DNA of 64,000 nucleotides. It comes from Candidatus Microgenomates bacterium (GTDB taxonomy: Bacteria; Patescibacteriota; Microgenomatia; JACQLA01). Below are positions 20,546-29,708 of the stretch, one piece after another (position 1 is the first letter of the stretch; each line of letters begins with the position of its first letter). The stretch covers positions 68,339 to 132,338 of the forward strand of contig JACQLA010000005.1 in NCBI GenBank assembly GCA_016204255.1. Direction: 5' to 3'. The notes below the pieces were generated by a model, which did no database searches, had not been told where the DNA came from, and was given only the letters and a program-made list of their open reading frames with translations. The translations under genes and the position numbers were made by a program.

Positions 20546-20572
20546 TTAGCACTTATATAACACGACTGCTAA
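20546..20572 (-). promoter_or_regulatory. CIRCE-like operator overlapping the hrcA promoter
   Basis: Minus strand TTAGCAGTC-N9-AAGTGCTAA versus consensus TTAGCACTC-N9-GAGTGCTAA; TTGACA at 20582-20577. Confidence 0.85.
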
Positions 20573-20640
20573 TTTTTGTCAAGCCCCGAGCCTTTTATGG
20601 CGCAGACAAAAATGTAGAGGCGATTTCAGCCTCGTCTCTT

Positions 20641-20814
20641 TTGTCAAGAGACAAAAAGCTTACCACCAGCATCACCTTTACAGGTGATGATTTATCAGCC
20701 TTGGCAAAATATGTTAGTGCCGGAGTAATAATTCTACAAACTTCTCATCCAGTCATTTCAAAATTAAAATCTGCTTTTACAAGATTGGGGTTACCTACTC
20801 CTAAAGGATTGTAG
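20641..20814 (+). CDS. Small orphan protein (about 57 aa)
   Basis: TTG start gives MSRDKKLTTSITFTGDDLSALAKYVSAGVIILQTSHPVISKLKSAFTRLGLPTPKGL; the start is uncertain. Confidence 0.45.
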   Translation: MSRDKKLTTSITFTGDDLSALAKYVSAGVIILQTSHPVISKLKSAFTRLGLPTPKGL

Positions 20815-20818
20815 TGGC

Positions 20819-20919
20819 TGTCAGTTTGCATAAAAAGTTAACACTTTTTTTAGCCTCAAATTTGCAAATTTTGCAAACTCCCGAGGCTAGAAATGTTTAC
20901 CATTTCGTGCAAACTGACA
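20819..20919. mobile_element. 101-bp nested palindromic element, copy 2
   Basis: TIR TGTCAGTTTGCA/TGCAAACTGACA; inner TAGCCTC/GAGGCTA; same length and layout as 422-522. Confidence 0.65.
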
Positions 20920-20924
20920 GAAGT

Positions 20925-22577
20925 TTATATTTTTTCCTCGAGAAGCTCTTCCTGTTGACTTAAAACTCTTCGCCAATTACCAATTTTTCGGAAAACAACT
21001 AAAAATCCCTCCGCCTCCTTAATCTCCAGTAGCCAAGCTAAAAAAAGATAGCTTATCAAGCCAATAATAGAAACAATCGTTGTTTCCATAATTAAATCAA
21101 CTGTATATTTAGTATCAAAAACAAGCTGATCAAAAAGCTTAAGCGGCCCCCACAGGAAAAAAGCCATCACTAAGGATGCTGTCAGAATTTTAAATGCCGG
21201 CAAGAGGAGTTCCCTTCGATTGAATTTATCGACTTTCCCGTCTAGAAGAATCAGAAGGAAAAAAAGGTTGAGAAAAGCCCCAAGTGAAGCAGAAATTCCC
21301 AAACTCCAAACAGGAAGATTTAAAAAGCGGATAAAAACAATGCTCATTAAAACATTTATTCCAACCGTTATTAAATTAACTTTTAATGGTGTCTTGGTAT
21401 CATGAATGGCATAAAAAGCTCGCATTAGAAGCGAAGACCCTGCTTGAGCGATAATCCCTAAAGATAAAAAAGCGAGGGTCCATCCCGTTAGAAATGTGGC
21501 CTCCCAGGTGAAAAGGCGAGCACCAAAAACTAAACGCGTTAGCGGAGTATGCAAAATAAACAGTGCGGTTACGGCCGGTACGGTTAGAAATAAGATTTGG
21601 TGCAGGGAAAGGAGCAGGGTCGATTTAAATTCCTCAATTTTATTTTGATTTTTTACGACTGAGAGCGTGGGAAAGGCTGCTTGTGAAATTGCAGTTCCAA
21701 AAAGATTAAGTGGAACAAAGGCTAAATGCTGGGCAAAGGTTAAAAAAGTGATACTGGAAAGAGATATTAAGGAGGCTAGTGCAGTATTAACAAAAAGGTT
21801 GGTTTGCTGGGCGGCCAAGGCCAAGCTTCGGGGCAACATTAGCCGGCCGATTTCTTTTACCCCCGGATGAAAAAGATTAAACTTTAATTGAGGACGAAAA
21901 CCTAATTTATAAGCCAGAGGCAACTGTATTAAGAAGTGGAAAAAAGCGCCCAGAATTACCCCCAGCATCACCCCATAAATTCCAAATATTGGAACTAAAA
22001 ATATAATACCAGCAATAATCCCCAGATTATAAAAAACTGAGGCTACGGCTGGTAACAAAAATCGTTGAGAAGATTGAAGAATCCCCGTTAAGAAAGAAGA
22101 AAACACAAAGAATAATTGGGAAAGAAGAATAATTCTGGTCAGATTAAGAAAAAGGTCCAAATGCTCGGGTTTTTCACGAAGGAGCCCCGGAACAAGAAGA
22201 AAAGAAAGAGGTTTAAGAAACAAGAAAAAAACTAAAATTATTAAAATAAAGGCGACGATGGCTATGTTTAAAAGCGACGCAGCTAGTTGCCAAGCTTCTT
22301 TTTCATCTTTTTGCCAGTAATTTGTAAAAACTGGAATAAAAGCCACTGATAGGGCGCCAAAAATTAGAACCTGGAAAGCAAAATCCGGAAGACGAAAGGC
22401 AGCAAAGTAAATACCGACTAGGTCTGGAGTGAAGTGGCTCGCCATTAAACGATCCCGCACCAACCCCAAAAATCCCGAGGCCAAAGACATAAACATGATA
22501 ATCGTGGCGGCAGAAAGAATATCTGCTTGTTTTGAAAGAAAAAAGGCAGTCCCGTTCTTGAAAATCCTTTTTACCAT
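20925..22577 (-). CDS. murJ: Lipid II flippase MurJ (MviN)
   Basis: LGLVRDR, AAFRLPD, GALSVAFIPVF, RAFYA.HDTKTP; many TM helices. Confidence 0.95.
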   Translation of the reverse strand: MVKRIFKNGTAFFLSKQADILSAATIIMFMSLASGFLGLVRDRLMASHFTPDLVGIYFAAFRLPDFAFQVLIFGALSVAFIPVFTNYWQKDEKEAWQLAASLLNIAIVAFILIILVFFLFLKPLSFLLVPGLLREKPEHLDLFLNLTRIILLSQLFFVFSSFLTGILQSSQRFLLPAVASVFYNLGIIAGIIFLVPIFGIYGVMLGVILGAFFHFLIQLPLAYKLGFRPQLKFNLFHPGVKEIGRLMLPRSLALAAQQTNLFVNTALASLISLSSITFLTFAQHLAFVPLNLFGTAISQAAFPTLSVVKNQNKIEEFKSTLLLSLHQILFLTVPAVTALFILHTPLTRLVFGARLFTWEATFLTGWTLAFLSLGIIAQAGSSLLMRAFYAIHDTKTPLKVNLITVGINVLMSIVFIRFLNLPVWSLGISASLGAFLNLFFLLILLDGKVDKFNRRELLLPAFKILTASLVMAFFLWGPLKLFDQLVFDTKYTVDLIMETTIVSIIGLISYLFLAWLLEIKEAEGFLVVFRKIGNWRRVLSQQEELLEEKI

Positions 22578-22653
22578 TTTCTTTTTTTTAGCCCTCGAAA
22601 CTATTTACCCTATTATTTACCCATCGTGTTTTTCCATCCTTTAATCGCGCCGA

Positions 22654-22682
22654 TTGCCTTTCTAATTTAGTTTTGCTATAAT
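22654..22682 (+). promoter_or_regulatory. Sigma70-type promoter upstream of the rpsT leader
   Basis: TTGCCT-17 bp-TATAAT with TG extension. Confidence 0.6.
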
Positions 22683-22884
22683 CGTTTGCAAACTCAACGT
22701 ATAGCTTTAATCAAAAGCGCGTTTAACTGAATAAAAACAACGTGTGGCGAAAACTTAGTTTCGCATTTTGATTCAAAAAATACAAGGCCTACTTTAAGTG
22801 AAAAAGTTCTTGGCGGATGGCTTTGTGTTAAAACGTAGGTTTTTTCATTTTAACATAAATTAATTATTTAAAGTAAAGGAAACT

Positions 22885-23202
22885 ATGCCATTAATTAAAT
22901 CCGCTATCGAGAAAATGCGGCGCGACCGAAAAAAGACTAAGCAAAATAAAAGCAAAGCCCTATCTTTAAAGGGAGCTATTAAAAAGGCGCAAAAAGAACC
23001 TAAAATAGAAAATATTAAAAAAGCGATCTCACTGCTTGATAAAGCGGGTGCTAGCCATCTTCTTCATAAAAATAAAGTTGCTCGTATAAAATCTCGCCTT
23101 TCTAAACTGACAGAGGATTCCCCAAAAAAGGCAACTCAAAAGGCCAAGCCTGCCGGCAAGGTTAAAAAGGTAAGATCAAAAAAGGCTACTAAAACCAGCT
23201 AA
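22885..23202 (+). CDS. rpsT: 30S ribosomal protein S20 with Lys-rich tail
   Basis: MPLIKSAIEKMR...LDKA...LHKNKVARIKSRL. Confidence 0.92.
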   Translation: MPLIKSAIEKMRRDRKKTKQNKSKALSLKGAIKKAQKEPKIENIKKAISLLDKAGASHLLHKNKVARIKSRLSKLTEDSPKKATQKAKPAGKVKKVRSKKATKTS

Positions 23203-23210
23203 ATACTCCT

Positions 23211-23245
23211 TTGACAATTAAGGTTAAAATCAATACACTTAACCT
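23211..23245 (+). promoter_or_regulatory. Promoter of the pilN cluster with overlapping inverted repeat
   Basis: TTGACA-17 bp-TACACT; AGGTTAA-N11-TTAACCT at 23221-23245. Confidence 0.6.
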
Positions 23246-23248
23246 AAG

Positions 23249-23785
23249 ATGTCTGTTTCCAAAATAAAGGTTAATCTTCTCCCCCGTAAGGAGCTAGAAC
23301 AAGGGTTTTCCGGGAAATTTTTGGAGTGGGTGCTTAATTATGGGCGTTATATTATTATCGGGACCTTTATCATTGTTCTTGCGGCCTTCTTATCCCGTTT
23401 TAAGCTGGACTATGATCTTTCAAATCTATCGGACGAAATTAAAAATAAACAGGAAACAATTAAACGATTTGGCGATTTAGAATTAAAAGTAAGAGCGCTA
23501 CAAAGTCGTTTGGCGTTAATCAAAAAAATTCAAGGAGAAAACCTGCCTTACACAAAAGCCTTAAACACCCTTTCCCAAATAACCCCGCAGGATGTTATTT
23601 ATAGTAAATTGGATTTTACCTCTTCTAAAGTCAGTCTTTCTGCTACCGCCCTATCTTTAAGTGGTTTTTCAACATTCATCGAAGAGCTTAAGGCTTCTAA
23701 AGCATTTACGTCAATAAATTTAGGAAAAGTGGGGCAGGGAAAAGGCGGGATTGAATTTAGTCTTAGTGCCGAGTACAAAAAATGA
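23249..23785 (+). CDS. pilN: Type IV pilus assembly protein PilN-like
   Basis: KVNLLP motif, TM, coiled coil, L...TP.DV...F...L..S..F. Confidence 0.75.
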   Translation: MSVSKIKVNLLPRKELEQGFSGKFLEWVLNYGRYIIIGTFIIVLAAFLSRFKLDYDLSNLSDEIKNKQETIKRFGDLELKVRALQSRLALIKKIQGENLPYTKALNTLSQITPQDVIYSKLDFTSSKVSLSATALSLSGFSTFIEELKASKAFTSINLGKVGQGKGGIEFSLSAEYKK

Positions 23786-23801
23786 TGCCCAGTTAAAATA
23801 A

Positions 23802-24440
23802 ATGACCGATACAACTTCTCTTCGCTATCGTAAATATTTTAAAGACCTTCGGCCAGCGCTTCAGAAACCGAAAGTTAAAGCGTATACAATGCTCATCTTT
23901 TCCCTATTGGTGCTTTCATCATTTAGTTTTTTCGTTATCCGGCCAACCGTTGAAACGATTCTCGAATTGAATCGTAAAATCAAGGACTACCAGACTCTCA
24001 ATCGTAAGCTGGACGAAAAGATTAAAAATTTACAACAGGCCCAAAGAAATTATCAAGAGATACAGCCTGAAATCCCTATCGTTTTGGCGGCCCTACCTCA
24101 ACAGCCTGATTTTCCTCCCTTTCTCAAGGATCTTGAGTCTATGGCTTCAGGAAGCGGCGCAATGGTCGACTCGCTTAAATTCCAAAAAATAAATCTCACT
24201 CCGCAGCTTCAAGCAAGCGGTTCTTCTCAGGCCGCACAAGCAAACATTAAATTTGACCTCGGTTTCATAGGCGGCTATACTGAATTTTTAGCCTTTCTAA
24301 ATAAAACTGGGCAACTAAAAAGGCTTGTTAATTTTGAATCCTTCAGTCTCGAGGCCGGCAAAGGAGGAAGCGCAAGTGGTGAGTTAAATATGAGTCTTAA
24401 AGGAACTACCTATTTCTTTTTAAAGCAGAAGGGAGAATAA
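23802..24440 (+). CDS. pilO: Type IV pilus assembly protein PilO-like
   Basis: TM, coiled coil, ALP..P...L..A..SG, GGY..F..FL......KRLV; follows pilN. Confidence 0.75.
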   Translation: MTDTTSLRYRKYFKDLRPALQKPKVKAYTMLIFSLLVLSSFSFFVIRPTVETILELNRKIKDYQTLNRKLDEKIKNLQQAQRNYQEIQPEIPIVLAALPQQPDFPPFLKDLESMASGSGAMVDSLKFQKINLTPQLQASGSSQAAQANIKFDLGFIGGYTEFLAFLNKTGQLKRLVNFESFSLEAGKGGSASGELNMSLKGTTYFFLKQKGE

Positions 24441-24631
24441 TGAATAGTAAAGATCTTTTTTTAATCTCTTTACTTCTATTCCTCACGGTTACAGCCTGGA
24501 TTATTGCTGGTGTTTATCATAAATCAATAGATTCAACTCTGACACCTACAGATCGTAAACTTATTGAACCATTAAATCCTGCTCTTGATAAACAGGTAAT
24601 TTTAGATTTAAAATCGAGCTATGGCCCTTAA
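24440..24631 (+). CDS. Small membrane protein of the pilus cluster
   Basis: 63 aa, one TM, overlaps both neighbours. Confidence 0.6.
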   Translation: MNSKDLFLISLLLFLTVTAWIIAGVYHKSIDSTLTPTDRKLIEPLNPALDKQVILDLKSSYGP

Positions 24632-26012
24632 TTTTTTACCCAAAGAGAGAAAAATCCCCACTCTGATTGGAATTTTTGTTCTGTTGATCGGAATCGGCGT
24701 AACTACTTATTTGACACAAACTGTTCCGCGATTTTTTCTAAAAGCGCAGCCAGATATTTCTCCTCAGGATGTTAAAATTACCAATGTTTTTCCTAATAGT
24801 TTCACCGTATCCTGGATTACACCCGGAAAGCCATCTACTGGCTATGTGACTTATGGGCAAGGTAATTCGTTAGAGAGTAAAGGTTTAGATATAAGAGACA
24901 AGGGACTCGAAGCATTAGGTCAATATATTATCCATTATGCTGAAGTTAAAAATCTTCAACCTCAAAGCACTTATTTGTTTAAAATTATCTCCAATAATAA
25001 AACTGCCAATAACGGAGCACCTTATAAAGTCACTACAGCACCTGAGCTAACCTCCCCACCCACCATGGACCCGATCCATGGTTTGGTTTTTGCCGAGGAT
25101 GAAAAATCTCCTGCTAAAGGAATTATATTTTTAACCATTGGACAATCGGCAATCCTATCAACTTTCATCAACTCTTCAGGTAATTGGCTTATTCCTTTAA
25201 ATCTATTACGCACCGCGGATTTTAAAAATTATTCTCAAATAAAGGAAAATGATTCTATTGAAATTTTTGCTCAGGGAGAACAAAAATCGTCCCAAGCTAT
25301 GGTGTCACTTGCTAATAGCTCTCCTGTCCCGCCCATTATCTTGGGAAAAAACAGTGACTTTCGCACGGCTAGCACGGCTTCTCCTACTCCATCGGTTACT
25401 CTCCCAACGCTTACGGAAATACCATCAGGCAACCTTGGCCTTACCACCCCCGCTACCAATGCCGCCGTCCCCGGTCAACCATTTTTTAGAGGAACCGGTC
25501 TTCCTGGCCAGAAACTTCAAATTAAAGTAGAGTCCCCGACAACGTATAGCGGTCAAGTGACTGTTGATCAAAACGGGAATTGGTCTTGGCAACCACCTGC
25601 AAATCTTCCCCCCGGCCAACATACAGTAACCATTACCAGCACCGACCAAAGTGGAAATTTAATGACTATCGTGCGTAAATTTATAATTCTAGCCAGTGGG
25701 ACACAAATAACAGAAGCTGCCACTCCTTCTGCCACCCCAACTTCTGTCCCGACATCAACACCCACTCCCGCTCCTCGGGCGACGGCTTCTCCTACGGCAA
25801 AACCATCACCAACCTTAACTCCGACACCAACCCCTACTCCGGTTCCCCCCGGTCCAACCGTTAAGCTATCGCCAACACCAATTACAACATCCTCTGCTAT
25901 CCCTCAAAGCGGAGATCTTTTATTCACTTTAATTTTAGCCACCGGCGGATTTAGTTTTATTCTTCTAGGCTTCTTTCTTTTGAGGAACTACAATTATACT
26001 TTACCCGGATGA
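24621..26012 (+). CDS. Surface protein: fibronectin-III-like plus Ig-like domains, Pro/Thr stalk, C-terminal anchor
   Basis: PQDVKITNV..NSFTVSW.T...H...V.NL.P.STY; VTVDQNGNWSW..P..L.PG.HTVTIT; PT repeats; IPQSG followed by TM. Confidence 0.75.
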   Translation: MALNFLPKERKIPTLIGIFVLLIGIGVTTYLTQTVPRFFLKAQPDISPQDVKITNVFPNSFTVSWITPGKPSTGYVTYGQGNSLESKGLDIRDKGLEALGQYIIHYAEVKNLQPQSTYLFKIISNNKTANNGAPYKVTTAPELTSPPTMDPIHGLVFAEDEKSPAKGIIFLTIGQSAILSTFINSSGNWLIPLNLLRTADFKNYSQIKENDSIEIFAQGEQKSSQAMVSLANSSPVPPIILGKNSDFRTASTASPTPSVTLPTLTEIPSGNLGLTTPATNAAVPGQPFFRGTGLPGQKLQIKVESPTTYSGQVTVDQNGNWSWQPPANLPPGQHTVTITSTDQSGNLMTIVRKFIILASGTQITEAATPSATPTSVPTSTPTPAPRATASPTAKPSPTLTPTPTPTPVPPGPTVKLSPTPITTSSAIPQSGDLLFTLILATGGFSFILLGFFLLRNYNYTLPG

Positions 26013-26036
26013 ATCGATAACTCATTTAAACTGAAT

Positions 26037-27116
26037 TTAAGGAGAACTTGCTAGTTCGTTTTTTAAAAAACTCCTGATTTCATCCCAATTACCAACCCTG
26101 GGTATTAAAACCCAAGCGCCATTGTGTTCCCAAACAGGAGGGTTAATTAAAAGTCCTTGGCGGCCATTTTTGGGATCCCCCCAATCCAAGACTAAATTTT
26201 TTGTTTTGGTAGCACTAATTTTAGGGAAAATTTTTACAAAATCATCAAAATCTGAAACTGGAATATCGGTTTCAATGCTTTCTCCAAGGCTTTTTTTCAG
26301 ATTAACAATCTTTTCGGGATTCAACAGAATCTCGTAGGAAAAGGTTTTATTTTTGAGTGCTAGTAAAAGATTTTGTTGTCTGGTTGATCGGGCAAAATCC
26401 GTACCCTCATCGTCTTCGGCATGACGAGACCGGGCATATTTTAAAGCAACTTCCCCATTCATATGCTGCTGACCCTTTTCAAAATGCAGATGTTCAAAAC
26501 GACATTGGTATTCTGGGTCTCCACCGCAAAGATCCTCTTCCTTGCCCTCAATAGGGTACTTGTAATCATCAAATGTCTGCGCTATATCGATGTCAACGCC
26601 TCCTAAAAGATCAATTGTTTTTTTAAAACCGTCAAAGTCCATAACCACTGCATAATGGACAGGTTGATCTAATATATCGGCAACAACAGCTTTAGCCAAA
26701 ACTAAGCCCCCACCGGGCCGCTTCTCTTCCGCCGAAGCGTAAGCGGTATTAATTTTCCCTTTTAAATCATCGATCCAAATATCGCGAGGAATAGAAAGAA
26801 GTGTAACTTCATCCTCTTTAAGGTTTATGCTTACAAAAATCATCGTGTCTGTTAGATCCTTTCCTTCATGATTCCCCCCTGCTTTTCCCAAAAGCAAAAT
26901 GTTGGTTCGCCCCGAATTTGACTTTAAAGAAAGCGATCGGTCTGTTGCTACAGACCATAAAATGGATGGAATGCTGGAAAACTCCCGCAAAAATTGCACT
27001 GTTAGAGGAACTATTTTGAATAAACCAATAATAAAAAGGCCGATGAGGACCCCGACCAGAAAAAGACGAATCTTAGGCAAAAGCTTAAAAAAACGGCGTC
27101 TTATTTTAGGCGACAT
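26037..27116 (-). CDS. LytR-CpsA-Psr (LCP) family protein
   Basis: NILLLG, LTDTM, SIPRD, KINTAY, ALKYARSRH, DFARSTRQQ. Confidence 0.92.
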   Translation of the reverse strand: MSPKIRRRFFKLLPKIRLFLVGVLIGLFIIGLFKIVPLTVQFLREFSSIPSILWSVATDRSLSLKSNSGRTNILLLGKAGGNHEGKDLTDTMIFVSINLKEDEVTLLSIPRDIWIDDLKGKINTAYASAEEKRPGGGLVLAKAVVADILDQPVHYAVVMDFDGFKKTIDLLGGVDIDIAQTFDDYKYPIEGKEEDLCGGDPEYQCRFEHLHFEKGQQHMNGEVALKYARSRHAEDDEGTDFARSTRQQNLLLALKNKTFSYEILLNPEKIVNLKKSLGESIETDIPVSDFDDFVKIFPKISATKTKNLVLDWGDPKNGRQGLLINPPVWEHNGAWVLIPRVGNWDEIRSFLKNELASSP

Positions 27117-27765
27117 GATTAGTAATTGATAAGAACTCTTGAGAGGAAAGGCTGGCGCCTCCTACTAAAACACCATCAATATGAGGTTGTGAAACAAAAC
27201 TATAAACATTCTCGGCATTAATACTTCCACCGTAGAGTACTTTAAAATCACCTTTCTTTTTAATTTCCGCGGCAACGCTATCAGCGTTTTCCGGCGTATC
27301 AGGCCTACCTGAACCAATTGCAAATAATGGTTCGTAGGCCACGATCTTTACCCCTTCTGGAATAGACATTTGACTTTCAGAAATACAATAAACCGGATTT
27401 ATCCCGTTTGCGAGTGCTTGCCTGACTTTCTGCGCCAAAATTTCATCCGTTTCCCCAAAGTTTTTCCTCCGCTCCGAATGGCCAATGAGTGAATACTCTA
27501 CTAAGCCCCTAAGCATTTCTGCCGCTACTTCTCCCGTATAGGCCCCCTTATTAAACTGGGAAACATTTTGAGCTGACAATTTCAACGCCAGGCCTTTTTC
27601 GCGAATGAATCTTGCCAAGAAGGAAATATGGATAAAAGAAGGGGCTAGAATAATTTCTAAAGCACCTCCAGAGCTCCAGTTTTTGACAAAATCCTCGACC
27701 CAAGCCAGGGCCTCTTCGGTACTTTTGTTAGCCTTCCAATTGCCTAAAATAATTAAGGGTTTCAT
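27106..27765 (-). CDS. tpiA: Triosephosphate isomerase
   Basis: GNWK, GAYTGEV, IGHSERR, AYEPLFAIG, LYGGS, LVGGAS. Confidence 0.95.
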   Translation of the reverse strand: MKPLIILGNWKANKSTEEALAWVEDFVKNWSSGGALEIILAPSFIHISFLARFIREKGLALKLSAQNVSQFNKGAYTGEVAAEMLRGLVEYSLIGHSERRKNFGETDEILAQKVRQALANGINPVYCISESQMSIPEGVKIVAYEPLFAIGSGRPDTPENADSVAAEIKKKGDFKVLYGGSINAENVYSFVSQPHIDGVLVGGASLSSQEFLSITNHVA

Positions 27766-27866
27766 ATGTTAAAATATTAACATTCTCTCCCTGCCTTCAG
27801 GCGGAAGTTTTAAAAGATAGAGACTTTTCTATCCCTCACGTTTACAACAATGGGTTTAATTGTAAC

Positions 27867-29708
27867 ATGAAATCGTTTCTTCTTGAAGATTTAAATAGTC
27901 AACAGCAATCAGCCGTAAGTCAAACAGACGGTCCAATTTTAATTCTGGCAGGCGCCGGATCCGGCAAAACCAGAGTCTTAACCTATAAAATTGCCTATCT
28001 TATTGCCCAAAGCGGTGTCAGTCCGGAAAATATTTTGGCTTTAACTTTTACAAACAAAGCCGCCGCCGAAATGAAAAACCGAATTAAAAAATTAGTTGCT
28101 CGTTCCCCTGAGGCGACCTCCAAATTACCTTGGGCAAGCACTTTCCACTCATTTTGTGCCAGAATATTAAGAATTGAGGGCAAACATATTGATCTGGCGC
28201 CAAATTTTTTAATTTACGACCAGGCTGATCAAAAAGAGCTGATAAAAGCGGTGCTAAAAAAACTTGATCTTTCCCCCAAGAGCTTTTCCCCGGCGTCCGT
28301 CTTAAATACCATCAGCGGAGCTAAAAACGAACTAATTTCTGCTTTAGAATATTTACAGTACGCAAAGGGTTTTTGGCAGGAAACTGTCACCAAGATTTAT
28401 CTGGAATATCAAAAAGCGCTAGTTGCCAACTCGGCTTTAGATTTTGATGATCTGCTTTTAAAAACAAATGAGCTTTTTCAAAAGAATTCTTCCGTCTTAC
28501 AAAAATACCAAGATCGCTTTCATCATCTTCTTATTGATGAGTACCAAGACACAAATAACGCTCAATACCAATTAGGTAAGATGCTTGCCGGAAGATGGCG
28601 AAATATATGTGTGGTGGGCGATGCCTCTCAAAGTATTTACTCTTGGCGGGGAGCAGATTTTCGAAACCTCACCCGGTTTCAAGAGGATTTTCCTGATTTA
28701 AAGATCTTTAATCTGGAACAAAATTACCGATCGACCCAGAAAATTTTGGATGCCGCCTACGCCGTTATTACTCACAACCAATCTCATCCCATTCTAAAAC
28801 TTTGGACCGAAAATCCAGGCGGCGAAAAAGTAAATCTTTATAGTGCTCAAAACGAACATGATGAGGCAGAATTTATCGCCAACACCATTATTAATTACAA
28901 TGGTGTTCTTGGAGATTTTGCCGTTTTATATCGGACCAATGCCCAGTCGCGTGTTTTGGAAGAAGTTTTTTTACGCTCAGGACTACCCTATGCGCTCGTA
29001 GGAGGAACCAGATTTTATGAACGGCGGGAAATTAAGGATGTTTTAGCCTATTTAAAAATCTTCCATAATCCTAAGGATACCGTTTCTCTTAATCGGCTTG
29101 AAAAAATAGGAAAAACCCGTCTTAAAAAATTTATGGAATTTAACGAAGTCTCGAAAAAAAACCCCGAGCGAAATTTAACAACCTCTTATCTTCTTGATCA
29201 AATTTTGACAATTACGGGCTACCTAGATCTTTACGATCCTAAAGTTGAAGAGGAACTGATGCGGCTTGAGAACATTAAAGAGCTTGGAAGTGTGGCTCAA
29301 GAATTCCCTGACTTAGGCCAATTTCTGGAAAATGTGGCGCTTGTGGAGCAGGAGTATCTGCCCGACAGCTCAGCTCAGATCGAACAAACAGAAAGAATAA
29401 CTCTTATGACTCTCCACACGGCTAAAGGTCTGGAGTTCCCGGTGGTGTTTATTATCGGGATGGAGGAAGGAATTTTTCCCCATTCAAAAAGCCTTTTTGA
29501 TAAACAAGAACTTGAAGAGGAAAGGCGTCTTTGTTATGTTGGCTTTACCCGGGCGAAAAAAATGCTCTATCTGACCCATGCTGCACGCAGACTTTTTTTT
29601 GGCACTCAAACCGCCAATTTTATTTCCCGCTTCGTTTTAGATCTGCCGGAAAATTTAGTTACCCCGCTTTCTAGTCAGCAAACTCTACGCCAGGGCAGTT
29701 TTGGGTAA
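27867..29708 (+). CDS. pcrA: ATP-dependent DNA helicase PcrA/UvrD
   Basis: AGAGSGKT, TFTNKAA, DEYQDTN, LEQNYRST, HTAKGLEF, EEERRLCYV. Confidence 0.93.
   Translation: MKSFLLEDLNSQQQSAVSQTDGPILILAGAGSGKTRVLTYKIAYLIAQSGVSPENILALTFTNKAAAEMKNRIKKLVARSPEATSKLPWASTFHSFCARILRIEGKHIDLAPNFLIYDQADQKELIKAVLKKLDLSPKSFSPASVLNTISGAKNELISALEYLQYAKGFWQETVTKIYLEYQKALVANSALDFDDLLLKTNELFQKNSSVLQKYQDRFHHLLIDEYQDTNNAQYQLGKMLAGRWRNICVVGDASQSIYSWRGADFRNLTRFQEDFPDLKIFNLEQNYRSTQKILDAAYAVITHNQSHPILKLWTENPGGEKVNLYSAQNEHDEAEFIANTIINYNGVLGDFAVLYRTNAQSRVLEEVFLRSGLPYALVGGTRFYERREIKDVLAYLKIFHNPKDTVSLNRLEKIGKTRLKKFMEFNEVSKKNPERNLTTSYLLDQILTITGYLDLYDPKVEEELMRLENIKELGSVAQEFPDLGQFLENVALVEQEYLPDSSAQIEQTERITLMTLHTAKGLEFPVVFIIGMEEGIFPHSKSLFDKQELEEERRLCYVGFTRAKKMLYLTHAARRLFFGTQTANFISRFVLDLPENLVTPLSSQQTLRQGSFG

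Noticed and set aside
20485..20640. N-terminal extension of the 109-aa ORF 20485-20814
   Set aside because: Overlaps the hrcA start, CIRCE and promoter; only the distal part looks coding
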